Below the pieces are notes generated by a model, which ran no database searches, was not told where the DNA came from, and worked only from the letters and a program-made list of their open reading frames with translations. A DNA stretch of 51,700 nucleotides from Bacteroidales bacterium (GTDB lineage Bacteria > Bacteroidota > Bacteroidia > Bacteroidales > M50B96), in NCBI GenBank assembly GCA_021739985.1, contig JAIPAR010000003.1:1-51700 (forward strand). Direction: 5' to 3'. Every line of letters starts with the position of its first letter. The first letter of the stretch is position 1. A program made the translations under genes and the position numbers. Positions 1 to 9,208 of the stretch are shown piece after piece.

Positions 1-483
1 ATTGTTACCTTGGTTGACCTTCCGGGTTATCTACCTGGTATCGATCAGGAACATGCAGGTGTTATCCGTCATGGGGCTAAATTGCTCTATGCCTATTCAG
101 AAGCCACCGTTCCTAAAATTACCGTTATTATTCGGAAAGCCTATGGTGGTGGATACATCGCTATGAATTCCCGCCATTTACGGGCTGATTTTGTTTTCGC
201 TTGGCCAAGTGCTGAAATCGCTGTAATGGGTCCTGAAGGTGCTGCTAATATTATCTTCCGAAAAGAAATTACAACCGCCGAAGATCCGGAGAAAATGCGT
301 CAGTTGAAAATTAAGGAATACAAAGAAAAATTTGCTAATCCTTATGTTGCTGCCTCGAAAGGATATGTTGATTCCGTAATTGAACCAACTGAAACCCGAA
401 ACGTCATTCTTCATGCTATTGAGATTTCTGCCAATAAAGTGGCCGATCGCCCATATAAAAAACACGGAATTCCTCCATTCTAG
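1..483 (+). CDS. acyl-CoA carboxylase carboxyltransferase subunit (propionyl-CoA carboxylase beta / methylmalonyl-CoA decarboxylase alpha family), C-terminal fragment; 5' end lies outside the window
   Basis: Reading frame is open from base 1. The translation (VDLPGYLPGIDQEHAGVIRHGAKLLYAYSEATVPKITVIIRKAYGGGYIAMN...) matches the conserved C-terminal carboxyltransferase region of PccB/MmdA-type enzymes. It is followed by a biotin-carrier gene. Confidence 0.8.
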   Translation: MVTLVDLPGYLPGIDQEHAGVIRHGAKLLYAYSEATVPKITVIIRKAYGGGYIAMNSRHLRADFVFAWPSAEIAVMGPEGAANIIFRKEITTAEDPEKMRQLKIKEYKEKFANPYVAASKGYVDSVIEPTETRNVILHAIEISANKVADRPYKKHGIPPF

Positions 484-526
484 TCAGTTGAAGGATTCAC
501 AGACATTGTATTAATCATCAAAAAAA

Positions 527-868
527 ATGGGTATGGAAAATTCCGCAGATAATGTCAAAAAACATCGATATAAAACGTTGATTATTGATGGTACAAAGTA
601 CAAAACTGATTTGACGGTTAAGTTTGAAAAGAGAATTCGTTTCGAACCGGTGAATGAAAAGCATATTATTGCTTTTATTCCCGGCACCGTTGGGAAAATT
701 CTTGTTAAAGAGGGTCAAAACGTAAAAAAAGGTCATCGTTTGATGATTCTTGAAGCTATGAAAATGAAGAATCGTCTGGAAGCTCCATTTAATTGTACGG
801 TCAAGAAAATTAACGTTAAAGAGGGTGAAAATGTCCCTAAGAATTTTATCATGATTGAATTAGGATAA
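527..868 (+). CDS. biotin/lipoyl-attachment protein (biotin carboxyl carrier subunit of a decarboxylase/carboxylase complex)
   Basis: 113-aa ORF with the canonical biotinyl-lysine motif EAMKM (ILEAMKMKNRLEAP). It lies immediately downstream of the carboxyltransferase gene. Confidence 0.8.
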   Translation: MGMENSADNVKKHRYKTLIIDGTKYKTDLTVKFEKRIRFEPVNEKHIIAFIPGTVGKILVKEGQNVKKGHRLMILEAMKMKNRLEAPFNCTVKKINVKEGENVPKNFIMIELG

Positions 869-880
869 AAAAAATAAAAA

Positions 881-905
881 GTCCGGCAAGCGCCGGACTT
901 TTTTT
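881..905. terminator. bidirectional rho-independent terminator between convergent genes
   Basis: Hairpin gtccggc-aagc-gccggac followed by TTTTTTT on the plus strand and preceded by an A-run, which gives the T-run on the minus strand. It sits between the stop of the biotin carrier and the stop of ispE. Confidence 0.6.
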
Positions 906-1725
906 ATAAATATCCTTTCCAGTGAGGAGTCTTGAATGTCTTGGCCGGAGGTGTTTTGAAAATTCCATAAACGACTGAACCGGAGCCACTTAGTGAGGCA
1001 TACAAGGCGCCGGCTTCATACAAACTTTGCTTCTTTGCAAGCAATTCAGGCATCTGCCGGAATGCATACGCTTCAAAATCATTGAAAATCTGATCCCTCC
1101 AACTTTCTATAGGTTCTTGTAGCAAGTCTGCCAATTTGGGAGAGTACGGTTGTATTTGCACTGATTCGAAAGCTTCCCGGGTGCTGATTCCTTTTTCATC
1201 AAACAAAAGGACTAGAAATAACTTATTTAGAATAGGAGTGAAAGCCTCTAACTTTTCGCCCCGCCCCGTAACTATAGCTGGCTGGCTTTGTAAAAAGAAT
1301 GGGCAATCGCTGCCGTTTTGCAAGGCTAAATCAAAAAGCTGTCCTTCTTTTAGCTTAAGCTTAAATTGAGAAATCATCGCCTTTAAAAAAGTGCTTGCAT
1401 CTCCTGAACCTCCTCCTAACCCGCTCTTCGCCGGAATCTGTTTATGAAGATATACGCGAACGGCCGGCAACGAAAATAATTGAGCTAATTGGAAATAGGC
1501 TTTGTTAATGCTGTTGGGCTGGCTTTGCTCAATCGGGCAGCCGCTTAGCCTGAGATCAATTCGATTGGTTTCGCTTTCAATAGCTTGAATCTCTATCAAA
1601 TCGTGAAGGGGAACCGGATACAACAGGCTTTCAATGGAATGATAACCATCAGGTCGCCTGGCAAGAACGCTGAGCCCAATATTAATTTTGGCCGGTGAAA
1701 AATATATCATTTCATTGGAAATCAA
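904..1725 (-). CDS. ispE: 4-(cytidine 5'-diphospho)-2-C-methyl-D-erythritol kinase
   Basis: 273 aa. N-terminal SPAKINIGLSV...RPDGYH and the glycine-rich GHMP kinase motif PAKSGLGGGSGDAS match IspE. Confidence 0.85.
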   Translation of the reverse strand: MISNEMIYFSPAKINIGLSVLARRPDGYHSIESLLYPVPLHDLIEIQAIESETNRIDLRLSGCPIEQSQPNSINKAYFQLAQLFSLPAVRVYLHKQIPAKSGLGGGSGDASTFLKAMISQFKLKLKEGQLFDLALQNGSDCPFFLQSQPAIVTGRGEKLEAFTPILNKLFLVLLFDEKGISTREAFESVQIQPYSPKLADLLQEPIESWRDQIFNDFEAYAFRQMPELLAKKQSLYEAGALYASLSGSGSVVYGIFKTPPAKTFKTPHWKGYL

Positions 1726-1727
1726 TA

Positions 1728-1870
1728 CTATACTTGATCTCCTTCCTTTTTGTAAAAGAACTTGCGCAGGAATTCATTCATTTTTCCGGCCCAAAGTGAA
1801 TTGGCAGTGAGTACGGCAACCAGCATTAACACAGCAAATAGTATTCCTACAATCATTACAAGTGTTTTCA
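1728..1870 (-). CDS. small hydrophobic membrane protein (47 aa), hypothetical
   Basis: Not on the ORF track because it is under 60 aa. Minus-strand ATG at 1870 reads MKTLVMIVGILFAVLMLVAVLTANSLWAGKMNEFLRKFFYKKEGDQV* and contains one clear TM helix. It lies in the gap between ispE and recR. Confidence 0.3.
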
Positions 1871-2021
1871 TCTTTTGATAATTTTAGTGCTATTATTTCA
1901 GGCTTAACTCACAATCGTCGAAATTAGGATTCTTCTTGTTAAAACTAAGCTTTCATAAAAGTACGGATTTCTACCCGAATAGAAAAAGATAAATCCTATT
2001 TTTGACAAGCAATTTAAGTAT

Positions 2022-2651
2022 ATGGAGGTAGATCGATTTTCATCTGTTTTATTGGAAAACGCCGTCAGGGAATTATCCAGCCTGCCGGGTATCGGAAAGA
2101 AGACAGCCCTGAGGCTGGCTCTTCATCTGCTGAAAAGAGGTGAATTGGAAGTGGAGCAATTCGGAACAGCTTTGATTCAACTGAAGAAAGAAATTAAGTA
2201 CTGCCGGGTCTGTAATAATGTGTCGGATGAGGAATTGTGCCAAATTTGCGGTGATTCCCGTAGGGATTCCAGTCTTATTTGCATCGTGGAAGATATTCGG
2301 GATGTGATGGCCATCGAAGCAACCCGGCAATTTAACGGATTATATCACGTTTTGGGAGGAAAAATATCACCGATGGATGGAATTGGTCCGGGCGATCTGG
2401 CAATTCAATTGTTGCTCGACCGCGTGCAGGCAGGCGGGATTCGTGAACTTATCCTGGCTCTCAGCACAACTGTCGAAGGGGATACTACCAATTTTTATCT
2501 TTATCGGAGACTTTCAGGATTCCCGATTGAAATAAGCACCATTGCCCGCGGTATCGGAATTGGTGATGAACTGGAATATGCCGACGAAGTTACATTAGGT
2601 CGCTCCATTCTTAACCGTACCCCGTTTTATACTTCTGCCCAATCTTTCTAA
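2022..2651 (+). CDS. recR: recombination protein RecR
   Basis: 209 aa. HhH motif [18 protein letters not shown]4 zinc finger [16 protein letters not shown] and a Toprim region all match RecR. Confidence 0.9.
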   Translation: MEVDRFSSVLLENAVRELSSLPGIGKKTALRLALHLLKRGELEVEQFGTALIQLKKEIKYCRVCNNVSDEELCQICGDSRRDSSLICIVEDIRDVMAIEATRQFNGLYHVLGGKISPMDGIGPGDLAIQLLLDRVQAGGIRELILALSTTVEGDTTNFYLYRRLSGFPIEISTIARGIGIGDELEYADEVTLGRSILNRTPFYTSAQSF

Positions 2652-2653
2652 GC

Positions 2654-4597
2654 ATGGATTTATCGGTTGTAATCGTTAACTACAATGTGCGCTACTTTCT
2701 GGAGCAATGCCTTCATTCAGTTGAAAAAGCTGTAAAAGGTCTTGATGCAGAAGTCTTTGTAGTCGATAATCAATCGGTTGACGGCTCTTGTGCTATGGTT
2801 CATGAATTATTTCCCTGGGTGAAGTTGATTAGCAATCAGGAGAATGTGGGTTTTTCCAAGGCTAATAATCAGGCTATCAGGCTGGCTACTGGTCGCTATA
2901 TCCTTTTATTGAATCCTGATACGGTGGTTGAGGAAGATAGTTTTCGAAAATTGATTGCTTTTGCTGATGAAAATTCGGATGCAGGTGGTATTGGTGTAAA
3001 AATGATAGATGGGAAAGGCCGGTTTCTGCCGGAATCAAAACGTGCCATGCCAACTCCGTCGGTTTCTTTTTATAAGATATTTGGACTGACTGCACTTTTC
3101 CCTCATTCAAAGACTTTTGCCCGCTATTATTTAGGACATCTCGACAAAAATAAATCTCATAAGGTCGAAATTCTGGCTGGAGCTTTTATGTTTTTGAGAA
3201 AATCGGTACTTGATAAGATTGGTTTGCTGGATGAGCAATTTTTCATGTATGGTGAAGATATTGATTTGAGCTACAGGATTTTAGAGGCTGGTTATTCGAA
3301 CTATTATCTCTCTGATATCACAATTATTCATTATAAAGGAGAGAGTACCAAAAAGGGGAGCATCAACTATGTCAAGATTTTTTATCAGGCAATGATTTTA
3401 TTTGCCCGTAAACATTTCTCAGCAAAGAATGCCGGCATTTATATCTTCATTATACAATTGGCTATTTATCTTCGGGCAGGTATGGCTGTAATAAGTCGAT
3501 ATATGCGCAAAGTATTTCCTCCGCTAATAGATGCCGGGTTAATTTATGCCGGATTCTATCTGCTTTTACCCTGGTGGGAAACTTACCAGTTTCATCCGGG
3601 CTATTATCCTGATTTCCTGCTGCAAATAATGGTTCCGGCCTATTCAGCCATTTGGGTAGGTTCTATGTTTATGCTTCGTGCATATCAACATCCGGTAAGT
3701 TTTGGGAAAGTAATGCGAGGATTAGCTCTCGGGACTATTCTTATTCTATTGCTTTATAGCTTGTTACGGGAAGATTTGCGCTTTTCTCGCGCCATTATTC
3801 TGCTAGGGTTTGGATGGGCTTTAAGTAGTACGATGCTGTTTCGATGGCTAGCCGGGAAAATCAACCTACCGGGATATCAACCTTCTGGAAATGGTTCAAA
3901 GCGAATTTTGATAGTAGCCACTATTGATGAGGCAACCCGAATCCAATCCTTGATTAATCAAACAAATTTGAAAGCGGAAGTTATTGGAATGGTTAGTCCG
4001 TCTTCCTCCTTCCCGCAGGACGATTTTCTTGGCTCAATACAGCAATTACATGAAATTGTGCAAATTAATGCAGTTGATGAAATTATTTTTTCTGGAAAAG
4101 ATATTGAGTCCAGGGAGATTATTCAGCAAATGCACCAATTATCAGATATTCAGGTTGATTTTAAGATTGCTCCGCAAGGAAGTATTTCAGTTATTGGAAG
4201 CAATTCAATTGATACAGCCGGTGAATTGTATGTAATCAGCCATAATTCTATTGCCAGAATCGAAAATGTTCGCACCAAACGTTTCTTCGATATTGGGGCG
4301 TCTTTATTGATGATACCTGCATTTCCAGTCTTATGGCTTTCGTATCCTGCTTCAATTGGGAAGTTACAACAGTTGTTTCAAGTGCTAAGAGGGAAAAAAT
4401 CCTGGGTAGGATATTATATCGGGAATGAAGTTTCAATAAAACATCTGCCTCAGATCAAGGAAGGAGTCTTTTCTCCGGTCTCTCAATTTGATTCATTGCA
4501 TTTGACAACTGAATTAATTGAAAAAGCCAATTTACTTTACTCGAAAGAGTATAGTATTAAAAATGATTTCCGTATCTTGCTTAATAGTTTAAAATAA
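2654..4597 (+). CDS. family-2 glycosyltransferase fused to a polytopic membrane region and a degenerate polyprenyl-phosphate sugar phosphotransferase (WbaP/WcaJ-like) scaffold
   Basis: 647 aa. The N-terminus (VVIVNYNVRYFLEQCL...VVDNQSVDGS) has a GT2 (GT-A) fold. Central hydrophobic helices follow. Residues about 415-515 resemble the CoA-binding-like Rossmann domain of WcaJ/WbaP (RILIVATIDEA...VDEIIFSG). The C-terminus has PGT-like pieces (RTKRFFDIGASLLMIPAFPVLWL, LQQLFQVLRGKKSWVGYY, LLYSKEYSIKNDFRILLNSLK), but the catalytic core is missing. Confidence 0.8.
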   Translation: MDLSVVIVNYNVRYFLEQCLHSVEKAVKGLDAEVFVVDNQSVDGSCAMVHELFPWVKLISNQENVGFSKANNQAIRLATGRYILLLNPDTVVEEDSFRKLIAFADENSDAGGIGVKMIDGKGRFLPESKRAMPTPSVSFYKIFGLTALFPHSKTFARYYLGHLDKNKSHKVEILAGAFMFLRKSVLDKIGLLDEQFFMYGEDIDLSYRILEAGYSNYYLSDITIIHYKGESTKKGSINYVKIFYQAMILFARKHFSAKNAGIYIFIIQLAIYLRAGMAVISRYMRKVFPPLIDAGLIYAGFYLLLPWWETYQFHPGYYPDFLLQIMVPAYSAIWVGSMFMLRAYQHPVSFGKVMRGLALGTILILLLYSLLREDLRFSRAIILLGFGWALSSTMLFRWLAGKINLPGYQPSGNGSKRILIVATIDEATRIQSLINQTNLKAEVIGMVSPSSSFPQDDFLGSIQQLHEIVQINAVDEIIFSGKDIESREIIQQMHQLSDIQVDFKIAPQGSISVIGSNSIDTAGELYVISHNSIARIENVRTKRFFDIGASLLMIPAFPVLWLSYPASIGKLQQLFQVLRGKKSWVGYYIGNEVSIKHLPQIKEGVFSPVSQFDSLHLTTELIEKANLLYSKEYSIKNDFRILLNSLK

Positions 4598-4710
4598 GCT
4601 CGAATGTTAAAAGTCTGCCCCCCAATTCGTGCAGATGTCTCTGTTATAGAAAAAAGTTGTACATTTCCATTCGGACTTTTTAAGTTTCAGAATATGGTCT
4701 AAAATTACTA

Positions 4711-6135
4711 ATGATGAAAACTTTTTGTTTTACGCTACTTATTCTTGGTCTGATAGGGCATTACCAGGTAAGAGCTCAATCGGCTGCTGAGATTGCTAAT
4801 AGTGCTTCATCTTTCTTTGAAAATCCAACCGGATTGAACTTAAATTTGGGCATGGTTAGTATTGATGGAGAATTCCATCTGGGAATTCGGTTTCAACCAG
4901 AACTGGCAATTGGAAAGTTCGGAATGGGCCTGAATGTTCCACTGATGTATAATATTGAAAGAAATGAAATCCGTACGGAAGAATTTAAAGATGGCGTTGC
5001 CTGGTTAAGACTGATTGATTATTTGCGCTGGGGGAAAAAGAAGAAAGACCATGTGTATGTACGTGTTGGAAGGCTTACAGGAGCCTATTTGGGATTTGGG
5101 ATTTTGATGAATAATTATACTAATTCAATTAGTTTCGAAAAACGAACTATTGGTGTGGAGTTTGATGTTCAGTTTAAAAAGATTTATGGCATCGAAGGGA
5201 TATATAGCAATTTTGACCCTGCTTCCTTTAATCTCTTTGCCATTCGTCCTTATATTAAACCTCTCGGAAACACAGACATTCCAATTTTGAAAACCTTAGA
5301 AGTTGGTATTGGCCTGGTTACCGATTACGATCAAACCAAATCGCTTTTTATGGATGATAATAGCCAGGATGTTGCTACAAATTCTTATCTGAAGGATGGA
5401 ATGACAGGCCTCTCAGCTGATTTGGGATTATTCCTTTTTAATAATGACGTTTTTTCCATTACCACGTATGCTCAGTATGGCCGCTTGATGAAGAATGATC
5501 TGGCAGCCGGCTATATTCAAACCCTGAATGTTAAATCGACTAATTTTGCAGTCGATTCATTATTAGGATCTTATGGAGACGGTCAAGGTTTTTCTGTAGG
5601 GATTGCCACACGTGTTAATTTACTTTTTAAAGCTATTCAACTGAATGCCAGGGTTGAGCGCCTATGGTACACGAATTATTTCATGCCTCAATTCTTTGAT
5701 TATCAATATGAAGTCAATAAAAATGAAAAAATCCTGGCACTAGCTTCCGCCGAAGCAACTAAAGGTATTTACGGCTCGCTCGTGTTTAATATGATAGAAA
5801 AGATTTTTGTGGGAGGTGGAGTCATGATTCCGGATGTTGTGGATGCTACTCATCCGGCGGCCGTATTTGCCAACGTGCATATCCCGGATTTGATTCCTAA
5901 ATTTTATTTAAGTGCCAAATATTATCGTCCTGGTATTGTGAAGCTGGAAGATGTTGTAAAATTGGATGAATATTCGAATGCCAATGCAATAATTGCTTAC
6001 AAAATCATGAATTACCTGCTTCTTGGAGTTGACTATAAATGGACTTTTGTCCCAACTAGTGATAAAGGACTCCAAATACATCACCAAGTAATGCCCTATA
6101 TAGGATTTAATTATCCGCTTAGTTTTAATCAATAA
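4711..6135 (+). CDS. secreted hypothetical protein, probably an outer-membrane beta-barrel
   Basis: 474 aa. Signal peptide MMKTFCFTLLILGLIGHYQVRAQ. Alternating hydrophobic/aromatic beta-strand-like pattern and a C-terminal aromatic residue. No recognisable catalytic motif. Confidence 0.55.
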   Translation: MMKTFCFTLLILGLIGHYQVRAQSAAEIANSASSFFENPTGLNLNLGMVSIDGEFHLGIRFQPELAIGKFGMGLNVPLMYNIERNEIRTEEFKDGVAWLRLIDYLRWGKKKKDHVYVRVGRLTGAYLGFGILMNNYTNSISFEKRTIGVEFDVQFKKIYGIEGIYSNFDPASFNLFAIRPYIKPLGNTDIPILKTLEVGIGLVTDYDQTKSLFMDDNSQDVATNSYLKDGMTGLSADLGLFLFNNDVFSITTYAQYGRLMKNDLAAGYIQTLNVKSTNFAVDSLLGSYGDGQGFSVGIATRVNLLFKAIQLNARVERLWYTNYFMPQFFDYQYEVNKNEKILALASAEATKGIYGSLVFNMIEKIFVGGGVMIPDVVDATHPAAVFANVHIPDLIPKFYLSAKYYRPGIVKLEDVVKLDEYSNANAIIAYKIMNYLLLGVDYKWTFVPTSDKGLQIHHQVMPYIGFNYPLSFNQ

Positions 6136-6172
6136 TGTATTTTATTCAAGTTACTTTAAAATCCTTTAAGAT

Positions 6173-9100
6173 ATGAGATTAGTTAGATGGCTATTAAAAC
6201 TGGTTCTGGTAATGCTTGTTCCTTTATTAATGAGCACCTCGTTACAAAGTCAAACGATTGAGTTTTTTGATGATTTTGAAAATGGATCAGGTAATTGGAC
6301 TTTTACGGGTAATTGGGGACTGTCATCCAATGCTTTTACAGGCTTGTACGGCATGACAGAGAGTCCTATGGGGAATTATCTAAATATGGAAACTTCCTAT
6401 GCAACCATGGATACATCAGTGGATTTGAGCTTAGCAACAGATGCCTATGTAGAGTTTGCAGCTACCTATAATATCGAATACTCATTTGATTATTTATATG
6501 TGGATGCTTCAATTGATAATGGAGCAAGTTGGATTAATGTTACTTCCTTTACAGGAGATAGCGCCTGGTGGAGATATTCCTTTTCAATAGGAGGATTTGT
6601 TGGTTATTCGCAAGTAAAAGTACGATTTCGTTTTAGTAGTGACCAAGCCCTAAATTATGAAGGCTTTTCGGCTGACAATTTCCAGATTGTAAGCTATACG
6701 GAAGATGTAACCCCTCCCATGATTTTGCATCAAGGACCAGCATTCTTTGAAGGAGAATTAGATACTTTTTTTGTTCAAGCTGAAATTATAGATATTTCCG
6801 GTGTTGCCTCTGCCAATCTTCATTATTGGGTCGATTCGGTATTTCAGGGAGTTTTACCAGGGTATTATTATAATTCGAATGATTGGATGTTTTCCATTCC
6901 TCCGCAAAGTCCTGGGTCTTGGGTGAGTTATTATATCGTGGCATCTGATTTGGCAACTACTCCTAATACGGATACCTCAAAGGTATATGAATACATTGCC
7001 GGAAATCATATTTTATATGATAACGGAAGTGTCGATTTTGTACAAAATGTTGGGCAAATAGCAGTGTATCAGGCTGCTGCAGTTAAAATTGATTTAAACG
7101 GTTTAACTACTGTGGTAGCGGCATTAATACGAACTTACACAGATCCATTCATCGTAAATGGACCCATTCAGTTCCATATTTGGTCGGATAATAATGGGGT
7201 GCCGGGTTCCGATTTGGTTGTTCCTTTTTACTTTACTCCTGAAGCTAATCCGGATAGCCCACACAAAATGACACGATTGGATTTACGACCCTATGTTGAT
7301 TCCCTGGCAGGCTTGTCTGGTTCTGTATTTGTTGGTTATACCAGCCCAACTTCTCAACATTATACTCCTGTTTCCAGTCCGGGAAATGGAAATCATTCCT
7401 ATTTTTATAATGGAATTACCTGGTCGCTTAGTTTTTATGATTTGCATTTCCGACTGGTAACAACGCCAATTTCTGGAGCTCCGAATGCTTTATTTAGTCT
7501 CGATTTATCTGCTGATCCCCAGATTAGCTTCACTGATTTGTCAACCGGGAATCCTATTAATTGGGAATGGGATTTTGATGACGGAACCATTCTTCCTCTG
7601 ACACAAAATCCTGTCTATGTTTTTAATCAAAATGGAATTTATCATGTCTGTCTTACCGTGAATAATGGAATTAGTACTGATACATATTGTGAATTCGTTG
7701 AGATTAGTAATTGTACTTCTCCTGTTGCCGGTTATACCTTTATAACAGATTATTCTCCGGAGATTTTGTTTCAGGATACATCCACCGGTTACCCCACAAA
7801 TTGGTTTTGGGATTTTGATGATAATGGCAATACCTGGTCTTACTTAAATCCAATGTACACCTTTACTCATAATGACACCTTCACTGTTTGTCTGGTTGTT
7901 GGCAATAATTATGGGTTTGATACTATTTGCCAGACGATCATAATTGATGATTATACAGCTCCTCAAACCATGTTTGGTTATAGTTTGGCTACTTCACCTT
8001 ACATTCAGTTTTATGATATGACTAGTAGCGGGATTACAAATTCACCGGATTCATGGAGCTGGAACTTTGGAGATGGGTCTCCCCTAAGCCCTTTGCAGGA
8101 ACCGTATCACTTATTCCCGGATAATGGGGTTTATAATGTATGTTTAACTACAGCCAACACCTATGGGAGTACAACATATTGTAATTTGGTCTATATTAAT
8201 ACTTTCACTGCTCCTGAAGCATTTTTTACCTATAGTATCAACACAACGGCCACAGTGTCTTTTCATGATCAAAGTTCCGATTCTATTCAGAATCAACCTA
8301 CTTATTGGAATTGGAGCTTTGGAGATGGTGCAACCAGCACCTTACAAAACCCTTCTCATAGTTATGCACAGAATGGTTATTACGAAGTGTGTCTGATTGT
8401 TGGAAATGCTTATGGAGCCGATACAATTTGTCAGACTATTTCATTCCAGAATTATATGATTCCTGTTGCTTCTTTCACGATTTCAAGTTCTTTGTCTCCA
8501 CTTATTTTATTTATCGATAATAGTAATGGCCTTCCTACTCAGTGGAAATGGAACTTTGGTGATGGAAGTAATTTGAATTTGAATGAAAACCCGGCTCATA
8601 CCTATAGCACAAATGGAATATTTTCAGTATGCCTCGAAGTAAGCAATTACTTAGGAAGTGATACACTTTGTCAGAATATTAACATCAATTATTATACGGC
8701 TCCGGTTTCAAATTTCTCATGGCTCCAAACGGGTGATGGAGAAATTACTTTCACCGATATATCAACGATGTATCCAACTGATTGGACTTGGTCTTTTGGA
8801 GATGGGGTCGGTTTTTCATTTGATCAGCATCCGGTGTATAGCTTTGCAACTGGAGGTGAATATGAAGTTTGCCTGGAAGCATCCAATACAATTGGTGTCG
8901 GCTCCATGATTTGCAAAATGGTCACTGTGCAGCATTCGGCTATTCCGGATGCTCCCGGGGAATCAGTCTTTACTCTTTTTCCAAATCCAACCTCAGGAAA
9001 TTGCAGTTTACAGGCAAATGAGAATCAACTATCAGATTGTCAGATTGTTGTTCGTGATATGCAGGGCCGCGTGCTTAATCTTCGCATGGAGCGATGCAAT

Positions 9101-9208
9101 GAGCAATTGGAGATTGAAACAGGGGGCTTGCCGGCTGGGATTTACCAAATACAATTACAATCGGGCGATATTTATGATTCTTTTAAATTGATTAAAATAC
9201 ATGAGTAA
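6173..9208 (+). CDS. T9SS-secreted cell-surface protein with N-terminal MAM/lectin-like domain, seven tandem PKD domains and a C-terminal T9SS sorting domain
   Basis: 1011 aa with a signal peptide. A repeated module of about 80 aa (F.D.STG.PTNW.WDFDDG..S...NP.H.Y..NG.Y.VCL.V.N..G.DT.CQ.I) recurs seven times. The C-terminus (FTLFPNPTSGNCSLQ...FKLIKIHE) is a type-A T9SS CTD. Confidence 0.85.
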   Translation: MRLVRWLLKLVLVMLVPLLMSTSLQSQTIEFFDDFENGSGNWTFTGNWGLSSNAFTGLYGMTESPMGNYLNMETSYATMDTSVDLSLATDAYVEFAATYNIEYSFDYLYVDASIDNGASWINVTSFTGDSAWWRYSFSIGGFVGYSQVKVRFRFSSDQALNYEGFSADNFQIVSYTEDVTPPMILHQGPAFFEGELDTFFVQAEIIDISGVASANLHYWVDSVFQGVLPGYYYNSNDWMFSIPPQSPGSWVSYYIVASDLATTPNTDTSKVYEYIAGNHILYDNGSVDFVQNVGQIAVYQAAAVKIDLNGLTTVVAALIRTYTDPFIVNGPIQFHIWSDNNGVPGSDLVVPFYFTPEANPDSPHKMTRLDLRPYVDSLAGLSGSVFVGYTSPTSQHYTPVSSPGNGNHSYFYNGITWSLSFYDLHFRLVTTPISGAPNALFSLDLSADPQISFTDLSTGNPINWEWDFDDGTILPLTQNPVYVFNQNGIYHVCLTVNNGISTDTYCEFVEISNCTSPVAGYTFITDYSPEILFQDTSTGYPTNWFWDFDDNGNTWSYLNPMYTFTHNDTFTVCLVVGNNYGFDTICQTIIIDDYTAPQTMFGYSLATSPYIQFYDMTSSGITNSPDSWSWNFGDGSPLSPLQEPYHLFPDNGVYNVCLTTANTYGSTTYCNLVYINTFTAPEAFFTYSINTTATVSFHDQSSDSIQNQPTYWNWSFGDGATSTLQNPSHSYAQNGYYEVCLIVGNAYGADTICQTISFQNYMIPVASFTISSSLSPLILFIDNSNGLPTQWKWNFGDGSNLNLNENPAHTYSTNGIFSVCLEVSNYLGSDTLCQNININYYTAPVSNFSWLQTGDGEITFTDISTMYPTDWTWSFGDGVGFSFDQHPVYSFATGGEYEVCLEASNTIGVGSMICKMVTVQHSAIPDAPGESVFTLFPNPTSGNCSLQANENQLSDCQIVVRDMQGRVLNLRMERCNEQLEIETGGLPAGIYQIQLQSGDIYDSFKLIKIHE

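Noticed and set aside
1136-1369. Short ORFs antisense to or overlapping larger genes, here and elsewhere: 2073-2330, 8163-8396, 8658-9191, 11609-11833, 12248-12475, 16983-17372, 28043-28255, 30799-31167, 40541-40873, 47387-47680 and others
   Set aside because: All are embedded in long ORFs with strong family signatures on the other strand or frame. None has independent support.
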